A stretch of 64,000 nucleotides of DNA from assembly GCA_963696385.1 (NCBI GenBank), contig CAVOKF010000003.1:192001-256000 (forward strand). Direction: 5' to 3'. Origin of the DNA: an uncultured delta proteobacterium. Its GTDB lineage: Bacteria > Myxococcota_A > Polyangia > Polyangiales > Polyangiaceae. How positions within the stretch are numbered: position 1 is the first letter of the stretch; each line of letters begins with the position of its first letter. Both the position numbers and the translations under genes were made by a program. Below are positions 47,239 through 56,993 of the stretch, piece after piece. The notes below the pieces were generated by a model. The model had not been told where the DNA came from, searched no databases, and worked only from the letters and a program-made list of their open reading frames with translations.

Positions 47239-49929
47239 TCAGTTGGTCACGGTCATCGTGCCCGTGAGCGGCAATTGAGTCGACCGGCCGCCCACCATGA
47301 TATTGACGGTTCCGCTTTCCCATTGCCAACTGTGGCTGGTCGCGTTCCAGTATTTGAGGTCTTCGACGCGAAGCGGGATGGTAATCCGAACCGTTTGTCC
47401 AGCCGGGATCGTAGCTCTGTGAAAGCCTTTCAGCTCTTTTAGGGGGCGGCGCTGCGTCGTATTCGGATACGAGACGAACAGAAACGACACTTCGTCGCCA
47501 GAGACCATTCCGGTATTCGTCACGTCCGCCTGGACGTTGACGACGCTTCCCGTGGTGGCCGAGCTGCACGGGATCTGAAGATTGGCGTACGAGAAAGTCG
47601 TATAGCTAAGGCCGTATCCGAACGGAAAAGCGGGACTCGTTGTGCTCCCCGCGTCGGCGGCACTCGCCCCGCTGCCGTCGATGTAGCCATATCCGGAATG
47701 GTAGTGGTCGAAGTACTTGTATCCGACGTAGTAGTCCATCGTGGTCTGGCCGCCGACGGCTCCCGTGAACTGAGGCTCATCGTTCCAAGAGCTCGGCCAG
47801 GTGACGGGTAGCTTTCCGCTAAAATTAGCGGTTCCGAACAGCAGATCGGCGAGCGCATGACCGCCGTCTTGGCCCGGGTACCAAGCCATCACGACGGCAG
47901 GCACGCTCGAAAACCACGGCATGGCGATGACGCTACCGCCTTCCAGCACGACCACCATCGGCTTGTTCAACGCGGCCACGGCCGTGATCAACGGGGTCTG
48001 GTACTGAGTCGTGCTCTTGCCGTCGAGATTGAAGTTCAGACAATCGCCGCCGCTTCCATCGCTGCTCGTGTACTCCTCGCCTTCGTCCTCCGGAGTCATC
48101 CCCGCAACGACGACATAGAAGTCCGCCGTCGGAATGTTGGTCGCGCTCGAACCGCTCGTCACGGTCACGCCGGCCGGCGCGGCCGCCTTAATTCCCGCGT
48201 AGGGGCCCGTGCTCGTACTCGGGTCGCAGTACGTTCGACTGCTGCCGAGGTCGCCGGTGCGCACGTCGGTCGCGAAATCCACGGTACCGCTCTGAACGTC
48301 CGCGGAAGACGAGAGCGCATACGGGACGTTGGCACCGAGAACGGCGATGGTCTTGACGGAGCTCGAAATGGGCAGCGTGTTGTTGCTGTTCTTGAGGAGC
48401 ACCATCGACTCGATCGCGGCTTGATACGAAAGCTGAATGTGCGCGGTGTTGTTCCCGATGGAGTACGTGCCCGTATTGAACGTGGTCGTCGCAGCCTTAA
48501 GACCTTTCTGGTTGGGGGCTAACGTGTTGAACCGGGCCTGCTGCGTGGCGATGCGGGTGGCGCCGGTCAGGATCTGGGCCGCGGTCGCCACCGATTCGAG
48601 CTGCGAGTAGTTCATGTTCCATGGCATTTCGAGGTCGAGTCCGGCGCCGACCGCGGCGGTCGTATACGTCTTTTCGGTGTCGGAGGAAGGGCACGTCTGC
48701 CCTCCGGGCATGGCCCACCAGTCGGAGACCACGAACCCTTTGAATCCGAACGTCGTGCGGAGCATCGTCGTGAGGAGGTCGGGTTGCGACGTGCAATGGG
48801 CGGTTGTACCGTCCGCGAAGCTGCTGGGCGTGGCGCCGGCGGGCGGCGTAAATTGAACCTCGTTGTAGGCGGCCATGACGCACGCGACGCCGCCGTCCTG
48901 GATGACCATTTCGAAGTGCCGACCGTACGACTCGTACGCGGTTTGTTCGTCCAAGCTCGAGACGTTGCCGCTCTCGCGATCTCGTTCGATGTTGTAAGCC
49001 ATGAAGTGCTTGGCACACGCCGGAACGTACTGCTGCGCACCCGAGACAAACGCCGTTCCAAGCCGGCCGAGCGCGAACGAGTCCTCGCCGTACGTCTCCT
49101 GCGAACGCCCCCAGGCCGGATGGCGCAATATGTTGATGACCGGAGCGAGGACGAGGGTCGTCCCCGCGGCGACGATCTCGTCCCCAATCGCTTCCCCGAT
49201 GGACTGTTCGAGATCCATGTCGAATGCGGCTCCGCGCGCGGATGCCGACGGGAACGTCGTCGAGTAATCTCCCGTCGGAAATGAGTTCGCTGCGGGGTGC
49301 ACGGTCGAGTACGGAACGAGGCATACTCCGCGCGGTCCGTCCCGGAACTTGATTTCGCGAATCGTCCCTTCGCTCCCCATCGGATTGCCCGAAGCGCCTC
49401 CGCTCTCGAAGTCGTCGTTGTAGTTCAACGTTCCGCCGCATCCGGAAGGAGTTCCCCGCATGATGTTGGCTTGTTGGGTCGTTTGGAGCTGACTCACGTC
49501 GCCCTGTGCCGTCGAGGTCTGAGTCGCGGTGACCGAATAGCCGGGCGACCAAGGGTCGGTCGTGCTGGAATTGGTACACGCCATCTGCCCGGAGTCGGGA
49601 ATCGACGCATCGGGGTTTACGACCGTGTCCGGCTGGACAACCCCACTGCCGGCGTCGTCGCTTCCCCCGTTCGAGGAGCCGGCGCCGGAGCTGTTGCTTG
49701 CGGGGTTGCCACCCGATCCGTTGCTCGAGCTATTCCCGCTGGCGGTGCCGGCGCTGCTGGAGCTCGTGCTGGCGCTCACGTTGCCGCCGCTCGGTGCCGA
49801 CCCATCCGTGTCCGCCTGCGAACTCTCGAGACGGGTGCACGAACTCGACGCGACCACGGTCGCGCCGAGGGGCAAGAAAAGAGCCCAACCAATTTGAGGA
49901 AGACACTTCGACATCGTGTTCCACTTCAT
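47239..49929 (-). CDS. Glycoside hydrolase family 3 beta-glucosidase, probably lipid-anchored, with C-terminal Fn3-like domain
   Basis: DGPRG, WGRSQETYGED, CAKHF, VMAAYN, FVVSDW (nucleophile), WYPGQ, FPFGYGLSYTTF, ELKGF. Ser/Gly-rich linker after SSSC. Confidence 0.93.
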   Translation of the reverse strand: MKWNTMSKCLPQIGWALFLPLGATVVASSSCTRLESSQADTDGSAPSGGNVSASTSSSSAGTASGNSSSNGSGGNPASNSSGAGSSNGGSDDAGSGVVQPDTVVNPDASIPDSGQMACTNSSTTDPWSPGYSVTATQTSTAQGDVSQLQTTQQANIMRGTPSGCGGTLNYNDDFESGGASGNPMGSEGTIREIKFRDGPRGVCLVPYSTVHPAANSFPTGDYSTTFPSASARGAAFDMDLEQSIGEAIGDEIVAAGTTLVLAPVINILRHPAWGRSQETYGEDSFALGRLGTAFVSGAQQYVPACAKHFMAYNIERDRESGNVSSLDEQTAYESYGRHFEMVIQDGGVACVMAAYNEVQFTPPAGATPSSFADGTTAHCTSQPDLLTTMLRTTFGFKGFVVSDWWAMPGGQTCPSSDTEKTYTTAAVGAGLDLEMPWNMNYSQLESVATAAQILTGATRIATQQARFNTLAPNQKGLKAATTTFNTGTYSIGNNTAHIQLSYQAAIESMVLLKNSNNTLPISSSVKTIAVLGANVPYALSSSADVQSGTVDFATDVRTGDLGSSRTYCDPSTSTGPYAGIKAAAPAGVTVTSGSSATNIPTADFYVVVAGMTPEDEGEEYTSSDGSGGDCLNFNLDGKSTTQYQTPLITAVAALNKPMVVVLEGGSVIAMPWFSSVPAVVMAWYPGQDGGHALADLLFGTANFSGKLPVTWPSSWNDEPQFTGAVGGQTTMDYYVGYKYFDHYHSGYGYIDGSGASAADAGSTTSPAFPFGYGLSYTTFSYANLQIPCSSATTGSVVNVQADVTNTGMVSGDEVSFLFVSYPNTTQRRPLKELKGFHRATIPAGQTVRITIPLRVEDLKYWNATSHSWQWESGTVNIMVGGRSTQLPLTGTMTVTN

Positions 49930-50337
49930 CGCGCAACCGCCTCCCTGCCACTTCGCGAGCCTGCTATCCGGCCGCCCGAAACGCCGGTACATATAGCTCG
50001 AACTCGCCGAGGATGTCGCCCGCTACGCGGAGTCCCTGGCCACGCCGCCGTGGGCAGGTTCGAACATGGGCCGTGGGCGCCCTGCAAGGACCGCTCGGCC
50101 CCAGTCGAGGGACGTCTTCCGTCGGCCAACGGCTGTCTCCGAAATTCGGTGTAACTAAAAATGGAGCGCCCCACTCGAACGAATCGGGCGCGCGGGCCCG
50201 AGTCTCGTCCGAGCGCCGCCAGGTTCGCAACGCGGCGACACGGCCCGCAGAACCCTCGGCGATCGAGCCATCCCGCCGGCGTCCAGGGCCCGGAGGCCCC
50301 AGTGGAATCCTCCCGCGGCAGCGCATAAGTTGCGTTC

Positions 50338-50739
50338 ATGATGATCATTTCGCATTTGGCGGTGCTCGCGCTGACGATCCTGCTCCTCTCGCGATTTCTC
50401 CCCAGTGTGAGGATCCGGGGCGCGGGCGCAGCGGTCCTGGTGGCGGTCGTCTTCAGCCTTTTGAATTTCTTCCTTGGATGGCTCATCCGCGCCGCCCTCT
50501 TCGTTCCAGGCGTGCTCACGCTCGGGCTCCTTTTCCTCTTTGTCCCGTTCATCGTCAACACGGTCCTCCTGTGGCTGACCGACAAGTTGCTGGCAAGCTT
50601 CGAGATCCAGAGCGTGCGGGGGCTCTTGATCTGCTCCGCGGTCATCACCGTCGTCAACGGACTATTCTATGCTCCGTTTCTGCAAGCCGTCGCGTACCGC
50701 CACTCTTTCGGACGGCATGAGGAGTTCCCTTGGTCCTAG
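50338..50739 (+). CDS. 4-TM membrane protein, YvlD/DUF360 ('phage holin 4_2') family
   Basis: A..AV...LLNFFLGWL...LTLGL...IVNTVLLWLTDKL..F.I pattern. Confidence 0.85.
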   Translation: MMIISHLAVLALTILLLSRFLPSVRIRGAGAAVLVAVVFSLLNFFLGWLIRAALFVPGVLTLGLLFLFVPFIVNTVLLWLTDKLLASFEIQSVRGLLICSAVITVVNGLFYAPFLQAVAYRHSFGRHEEFPWS

Positions 50740-51020
50740 CTCCTGGCAGGGACTGGCACTCCGATTCCAATTCGCCCTGAATGCGACCTCGCCACGGTGC
50801 GCGCTCGTGGCCATTGCCTACGTCGAACCCCGGAAGCGGGCCGGTCGAGCTTCTCGCACAGCGTCCGTCGTATCCGGGCCTCCTGTCATCGGCGCGGCCG
50901 CAATGGTGTTCGACGCACGACGCGGTGACACGGCTCTCGCGGTGGGATGTCATGTCGCGATCTCACGCGGCGGTGCGGCGGATCCGGGACGTCGAGGCCG
51001 CATGGGGGGCAGGAATACGG

Positions 51021-51093
51021 TGGGTCGAGCGGGACTCGAACCCGCGACCTACGGATTAAAAGTCCGCAGCTCTACCGACTGAGCTATCGACCC
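51021..51093 (-). tRNA. tRNA-Lys(UUU)
   Basis: GGGTCGATAGCTCAGTCGGTAGAGCTGCGGACTTTTAATCCGTAGGTCGCGGGTTCGAGTCCCGCTCGACCCA. Anticodon TTT. Followed by CCG, so CCA is not encoded. Confidence 0.97.
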
Positions 51094-51385
51094 GATTTCT
51101 TCGCCTTACCTATCGTTTTCGATCGACCTAGCTGCTGTCACGCGGAGCCTCGTTTGCAGTTGCCGACATCTACTTGCAGTTGGGGGGCGTTCGCAAGGTC
51201 CGCGATCGCTTCGTTCCGATGTGGCCGGTCCCGCCTCTTCGGCGTCGCGTGCATCCTGCACTGACCCTGCAACGGAGGTGCAAACGGGTATCCCGAGATA
51301 ACCCGACGCGACCTGACGCGCTTCGCGATCCACTGGCGAATAGGCACTTTCGGTGTCGCACGCACCCTCGAATTGACGATCAAAA

Positions 51386-51422
51386 TCCGCAGCTCTACCG
51401 ACTGAACTATCGACCCGATTTC
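51386..51422 (-). repeat. Duplicated 5' half of tRNA-Lys plus 6 nt of leader (att-like fragment)
   Basis: 36/37 identity to 51063-51099. Identity stops at the anticodon loop. Confidence 0.88.
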
Positions 51423-51791
51423 AACCCATTTTTCTTGCGCCGCCCCCGCACGGTTGCCTTCGGCGCCTGGGTCCAGGGCGTACCGCTGCACCGATGACCC
51501 ACGCCTGAAGGCGCCGGGGAAACCGAGACCCGCCTCGGCCACGGTCCGCACGACCCGTCGATCGTGTTCGCCGCGATCCCGTCCTCGATTGGAACCCCCC
51601 GCCGTCGCCTGCGCCTCGGCCGCTCCCGTCCACGTGGCGGACCGGACGCGCACACCTGCGCGATTGCATCGAAGACCTGAACCGAGGAGGCAAAACCTAG
51701 ATCGAAGATCGAAACTCGGACGAAATAATAGCCGGGCGACAATCTCCCACGCCTCATGGCGGTGGCTAACACGCAACCCAAGGAGCGGGCC

Positions 51792-52067
51792 ATGATGTTC
51801 TCGGAGAGCCTCACCGTCGACCGCGCGCAAGCGCTTTGGGACCTTGGACGTCGCCTCAACCGAGGGTTGGTGGCGTGTGAAGAGGACCCCAACGAGGCTG
51901 CCAACGCGCGCGGTCACGTTTTTTCGAGCGCCGACCGGGGTATGCCCGCGGTAGCCATCGACAATCAGGGACGGATTTTTGCCGTCAACGTCTCGGACGG
52001 AAGCTACGTGGTTCGCATCGGTCGCGTCTTCGACGGAGTGTTCCGCGCGTCGGAGTGGGCGCGATAG
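51792..52067 (+). CDS. Hypothetical protein (91 aa)
   Basis: AAGGAG RBS before ATG 51792, and normal globular composition. Confidence 0.65.
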   Translation: MMFSESLTVDRAQALWDLGRRLNRGLVACEEDPNEAANARGHVFSSADRGMPAVAIDNQGRIFAVNVSDGSYVVRIGRVFDGVFRASEWAR

Positions 52068-52344
52068 CGATCCCCCTCCCAGAACCACTGGAGTTGCCAA
52101 CTTCGGAGCCCTGTCGAGCGCGCCAAAGAGCGTCCGCTCGACCGGTGCCCGTCCGGAATCTCCCCCGGTTCTCGTCCACTTCGAGGGCGACCGGAATCTC
52201 CGGCAGCTTGCGCGCATCGAGGCGCTCTTGCCGGCCAAGAGCATCGCCTGGCGCCGGCTGGACGTGGCGCGGCCTTTCACCGGCGAACGACGAAGCCGTT
52301 CGCGGGCTTCGCGCGGTGCACGGAGACCAGTCGACGCCTGTACG

Positions 52345-53019
52345 ATGCGTTCGGTGACTCCCGTGCTTGGTTCGGACTTCGGTCCTCGCCGCGCCATCGT
52401 GCGCGCAACCGTGTCTCTGGCTGCAGGAGCCGTCGCGTATGCCCTGACGTGTGCGCTGCTGCCGCGCACAGCCGCGATCCTTCTCGGTTGGAACGCCGCG
52501 GGCCTCGTCCTGCTCGGCCTCTCTTGGGCCACGATCGGCACGGCCGACGCCGATCGCACGCGGGAGCGAGCCGGTAGCGAGGATCCGGGTCGGACGCTGG
52601 TCAACGTCATCGTCATCCTCACATCTGGGGTGAGTCTTTTCGCCGCGGCGGCGCTGGTGCCCGGCGGCCATGCGACGGGTGCGACCGCGCATCAGGCCAG
52701 GGTCGCACTATGTCTTTTGACCGTCGCATTGGCTTGGACGATGACGCACACGGCGTTCACCTTCCGCTACGCCCATCTCTACTACCGAGAAGACGCCGAG
52801 GGTATAGGCGGCGTGACGTTCGCCGGCAACGACGTGGCTACGTACTTCGATTTCGCCTACCTCGCGTTCACCATCGGCATGTGTTTTCAGGTTTCGGACG
52901 CTTGCGTGACGAGCTCGCAGATTCGCCGGACCGTGCTGCTGCACGCCGTCATCAGCTTCGTCTACAATTCCGTGATTCTCGCGTTCGTGCTCAACCTGAT
53001 ATTCGGGTCGACCGCCTGA
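52345..53019 (+). CDS. DUF1345 family membrane protein
   Basis: HTAFTFRYAHLYY, YFDFAYLAFTIGMCFQVSD, IRRTVLLHAVISFVYN. Confidence 0.9.
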   Translation: MRSVTPVLGSDFGPRRAIVRATVSLAAGAVAYALTCALLPRTAAILLGWNAAGLVLLGLSWATIGTADADRTRERAGSEDPGRTLVNVIVILTSGVSLFAAAALVPGGHATGATAHQARVALCLLTVALAWTMTHTAFTFRYAHLYYREDAEGIGGVTFAGNDVATYFDFAYLAFTIGMCFQVSDACVTSSQIRRTVLLHAVISFVYNSVILAFVLNLIFGSTA

Positions 53020-53049
53020 GCGCCCGATCGGTCCGCTCGGAATGGAACG

Positions 53050-53430
53050 TCAGCGGGCGCGGACGAAATCGACGCTGTCGCCGAGCCGTCCGAGCTTACG
53101 CGCTTCGAGGCACGCGGGCGAACCCGGTTCGACGATGCGGCAGTCGTCCGGGCGCACGTCGTACATCGTGCAGGCGAAGCGGCCGGCCACCGACACGTCG
53201 AGGGCCGCGCAACGCTCGCCCGTATTTCTCAAGAAGCGCCACCCCGGTGGTCGCGGGTCCAGGACGGTGAGTCGGCGCAAGACGTCGGCCCCGTCGACCC
53301 GACCCAGCACGCGGGCGTCGTCGCATTCGAGCAGATGGACCGTGCTCGGGCCGTGATGGCAACAGCGACCACAAGCGATGCAGTCTCCTCCGAGCGGGTC
53401 CGGAATGCCATCGAGCGATGAGAGAGGCAT
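53050..53430 (-). CDS. YkgJ family cysteine-cluster protein
   Basis: DCIACGRCC, RCAAL, CTMYDVRPDDCR. Confidence 0.88.
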   Translation of the reverse strand: MPLSSLDGIPDPLGGDCIACGRCCHHGPSTVHLLECDDARVLGRVDGADVLRRLTVLDPRPPGWRFLRNTGERCAALDVSVAGRFACTMYDVRPDDCRIVEPGSPACLEARKLGRLGDSVDFVRAR

Positions 53431-53475
53431 GGGCGTCGAGAACGTTGGCAAGCCAGGCAAAGGGACACGCGCGGC

Positions 53476-56400
53476 TCAACGGGGGTCCAAGGGCCACGCC
53501 CATTTCGCTAGACTTGGTGCGAGACGCGCAAGCTCTTTGCGCACCGCGGCAGCCGTTGGACGCTCGCCCGGCTCCTGTCGCAACATGGCAAATAACGCCT
53601 CGGCCATTGCGGAAAGCTCGGGGCGCTTCGCGAACGCCCGCAGAGGCGGTGGAAAGCCGTTATGCGCGATGTGCATCGCTATTTGCGCCATTTCCGTTTC
53701 GGCCTCGAACAGGACGCGCCCGGTCAGTGCTTCAAAGGCGACGCAGCCGAACGCGTAGACGTCCGCCTTCGCGGGGGAAAGGTCGGCCCTCGTGTCGAGA
53801 GATCCCCAGACCTCCGGAGCGCCGTACGGGCCGGTGGCGCAGCCGGGCCGGACGTGTCGCCCAGAAAGGCCGAAGTCGACCAGCACCGCCTCTTGCGCCC
53901 GCCTCAGGACGACGTTCGAAGGCTTGAGATCGAGATGACCGACCCCGACGGCGTGCATCGCCTCGAGCCCGGCGAGCATGTCATCGAGCGTTCTCATCGC
54001 GCGGGCAACCGTCAAGCCTCGCGTCTCGAGCAAGCTCTCCAGGGTGGTGCCCTCGACCAGCTCCATGACCAGAATGGGCTTCGGTTTGCTCCCTGCGTCA
54101 AAGGTGACAAAGCGCGCCAGATTCCGGTGTTGAGGAAGCGCCATCAGCGCGCTCGCCTCTTGCCGGAACAGCTTTAGAAAGTCGGCCTCGCTCAGGCTAC
54201 GAGCCGCTGTGGCCGAGTACTCGGGCACCTTGAGCGCGAAGCGTTCGGCGATCTCGTCGCCCTTGTCCTCCATCCGGATCGCTACGAATACGGATCCGGC
54301 AGCGCCGGAACTCAGCGCCCGAAGTACGTAGAAGCCACCGATTGTCCGGCGCGGCGACAACCACGCTGGAAGCGGCGCCTCTGCCGCCTTCGAGTTTCGC
54401 ACATCGAGAGTTCTGCCGTCCCGTGGCAGATCAATGATGCGCCATACGACCTCGGAGACGAGTCTTCCGATGGCGCTCGGCACCCCCGCTAGCAACGCGT
54501 CGAGGGACGCGGCGACGACTTGCTCGGCGAGTGCGCCGTCGGTGCCGGCCAGGACACGAGCGACGGCAATCGTGAGTGGCCGCAGGCCCCCCGGTGGCGC
54601 CACGGGTGCACGATGAGGATCCAGGCGCGCGCGCGCGCCGATGGCCAGCTGCGCGATGGACCCAAGGGCGACCTCGAGCGTCGATATGCACTCAGGCTCC
54701 GTTTCGCCGCCGGAGGCGAGATTGCGCAAGGAGGAGGCGTGCATGACGCCGGCAAGCGCTCCTCCGAGACGCACAACGACCGCGCGCAATGCCTCGCTGC
54801 GGGCCGAATGATCGACGGCCAATTCGCGCGTCAGATCGTCGTATGCGGGCAGAGCGCTCGACGGATCCAGGCGGACCGCTTGGGCGAAAATGGCATATTG
54901 TTGTAGAACGTGCACGAGGTCCGGATTCATCGACGCTTCCGCGAGCGTCCGGAGCTCGCTCGGTTCCACGGCGTGGCGGGCGACGACCAGGAGGACGTCG
55001 ATCGGATCGCAGGCTTCCACCCGGACGAGTGCGTCCAGGGCACGGGCGAACGCGGCAATGATCGTGCGACGGACCGGCGACGGAGGTCCGCGCTCGAAAC
55101 GCTCGAGGAGGACCCGAGCGATTCGAAGGCACCGCCTGCGCAGCCGCGCCGCGCGCGCGGCGTCCCTTTCCGCGTCGCCCATGTCGCCATCCGCAAGGTG
55201 CAGCAGCGCCCTAAGGCGCCGCATCGACAACGTAGGGTGGGAAGGGCTGACGGCGCCTCCCCCGGACGCGGGAAGTGGGCCCGCTTCGCGCAGCAGAATC
55301 CAATCGGTAATCCGGTCGCGCAACCCGTCGAGAGCGTCGTCTACGCCGGTCGACTCGCCCGGGCCGAGCGAAAGCAGATGGGACAATACATCGTCTTCGA
55401 GCAAGCTCAGATCGACATCGCGCAGCACCGACAGCGTCGTTCGGCGCGCGATCGATCCTGCGCGGCCGGTGGCCTCGTCTTCCTCGAGCGAGACCGCCTC
55501 AAGCGCGTCGACCGAGCCCCTCGCGGCCGACAGGACGTCGCAGGCACGAGCGTACGCGTCTCTCGCGCCATGGGTCACGAACGCCTGGAGTGCGCGAGCG
55601 ATCTGGGCGCGAACACGCTCGTCGTCGCGTGCTTCGCCCGCGAGAGAGCGCGCCACCTCCAGCGCGAGCGCGTCCGCACCGTCGTCGCCAACGCCCTTCG
55701 GCCTCGTGGCGAACAGCTCGAGAGTCCGCGCCGCCGCGCGGCTCGCGATGGGTGAATCGCCGAGCTCGGCTCGAAGATCGAGCACGGCTTCGCCCACTTC
55801 GATGGAGGCTGTCGCCGCCCGCTCCAGAACGTGCTCCAGGAGCCGACTGGCCTCATCCGGCTCGGCCTCGGCCGCCCGCGGAAGACCCCAAAAGAACGCC
55901 GCGGCGGCTCCGGGATCCCTTTCGAGCAGCCCTTGCGCGAGAGATCTCTCCGCGAGCTTCAATCCGTAATGGGGATCCACCGCGACGCTTGCGGCAATGG
56001 ATGCGGCCGCCCGACGCCACTCGGTGGGGGACAGGGACGGTGCGAGAGCCTCGTCGATCGATCGGCGAAGCGAGGGTGTCCAGGGCGACAGCAGCCCACG
56101 CGCGACAGCCACGTGCCGCCAAACGAGCGACTCACGGTCTGCCAGAAGCCGCTGCCACGCGGGGGCGACGATGTCGCCGTTGAAGAATCGAAGGCTGTGG
56201 TCGTCACCTTGCGCCGCACGCCGCGAAGCCTCGCGTGCGGCCCTTTCCAGTAGGCGAGCGGCCATGCGCCGAGAGGGCAACGATCCCGTGGACGGAAGGG
56301 CTATCCATTCACGAGCGAGATCGCGGCGCGAAGCGAGCGCGAGCGCGAGCGGACCGTCGGCAATCCCCGCCGACAGTGGCAACGCCGTGACGAGAGCCAC

Positions 56401-56811
56401 ACGCGCGCGCAAGCCGGGGGCACCGAGACCTCGCCCGATGCCAAGCGCCATCCGGCGCGCGATCGCGACGAACGTTTCCGCGTTGGCCACCAGCAGACGT
56501 TCGAGGACACGTTGGCCGAGCTCGCGCTGCTCGGGGCCGAGCGGAAGCGCCGACGCGAGCTCATGAAGAGCCGCGCCGGCCGCGGCGGGAGCCAGCCAGT
56601 CGAGGTCCTCGACGAGACCGGCCTTCAACGCTGTCCGGACTCCGGCGAGCAGAGCGGTCGGTTGAAGTCCTTCGAGGGGGCCCGGGCCTTCTTCGGCCGT
56701 CGCACGTGCCAGCGCGGCCATCGATTGCCGCCAGGAAGCTCTCTGATCAGCGACTCCTTCGAGCTTGTCGAGCTCGAGGAGGCTACTCGCGTAAAAGGTC
56801 GCGTCGCGCAC
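53476..56811 (-). CDS. Ser/Thr protein kinase with ~800-aa helical N-terminal region and C-terminal catalytic domain
   Basis: SGAAGSV, ALKV, F..EA, LVMELVEG, HLDLKPSN, DFGL, YGAPE, DVYAFG. Confidence 0.9.
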   Translation of the reverse strand: MRDATFYASSLLELDKLEGVADQRASWRQSMAALARATAEEGPGPLEGLQPTALLAGVRTALKAGLVEDLDWLAPAAAGAALHELASALPLGPEQRELGQRVLERLLVANAETFVAIARRMALGIGRGLGAPGLRARVALVTALPLSAGIADGPLALALASRRDLAREWIALPSTGSLPSRRMAARLLERAAREASRRAAQGDDHSLRFFNGDIVAPAWQRLLADRESLVWRHVAVARGLLSPWTPSLRRSIDEALAPSLSPTEWRRAAASIAASVAVDPHYGLKLAERSLAQGLLERDPGAAAAFFWGLPRAAEAEPDEASRLLEHVLERAATASIEVGEAVLDLRAELGDSPIASRAAARTLELFATRPKGVGDDGADALALEVARSLAGEARDDERVRAQIARALQAFVTHGARDAYARACDVLSAARGSVDALEAVSLEEDEATGRAGSIARRTTLSVLRDVDLSLLEDDVLSHLLSLGPGESTGVDDALDGLRDRITDWILLREAGPLPASGGGAVSPSHPTLSMRRLRALLHLADGDMGDAERDAARAARLRRRCLRIARVLLERFERGPPSPVRRTIIAAFARALDALVRVEACDPIDVLLVVARHAVEPSELRTLAEASMNPDLVHVLQQYAIFAQAVRLDPSSALPAYDDLTRELAVDHSARSEALRAVVVRLGGALAGVMHASSLRNLASGGETEPECISTLEVALGSIAQLAIGARARLDPHRAPVAPPGGLRPLTIAVARVLAGTDGALAEQVVAASLDALLAGVPSAIGRLVSEVVWRIIDLPRDGRTLDVRNSKAAEAPLPAWLSPRRTIGGFYVLRALSSGAAGSVFVAIRMEDKGDEIAERFALKVPEYSATAARSLSEADFLKLFRQEASALMALPQHRNLARFVTFDAGSKPKPILVMELVEGTTLESLLETRGLTVARAMRTLDDMLAGLEAMHAVGVGHLDLKPSNVVLRRAQEAVLVDFGLSGRHVRPGCATGPYGAPEVWGSLDTRADLSPAKADVYAFGCVAFEALTGRVLFEAETEMAQIAMHIAHNGFPPPLRAFAKRPELSAMAEALFAMLRQEPGERPTAAAVRKELARLAPSLAKWAWPLDPR

Positions 56812-56993
56812 GCTGCTCTCGGTCTCTGGAACTCGGTTTAGGGTACAGGGTTCGCCCTCCGCGAGGAAACGTTGCTTTGCCAGAAGCCTCCTCGCCTCGC
56901 GCCTTGCTCTTCGCGACGTCCAGGAGCTCTGGCGGCAAATCCCAGGATGGCCACTCCGAATTTTGCTCGCCGCGTGCTATGGGCCCGACGCGC

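Noticed and set aside
50338..50739. Holin-family gene near a tRNA as evidence of a prophage
   Set aside because: The YvlD/DUF360 family is commonly chromosomal, and no integrase, endolysin or structural phage genes are in the window.
50740..51020. Short ORFs between the holin-like gene and the tRNA
   Set aside because: They have no convincing RBS or recognisable protein features, so I left them unannotated.
51138..52622. 494-aa minus-strand ORF beside the tRNA as a possible integrase remnant
   Set aside because: It has Arg/Ala/Ser-rich shadow-like composition and no tyrosine or serine recombinase motifs, and it overlaps two better + strand genes.
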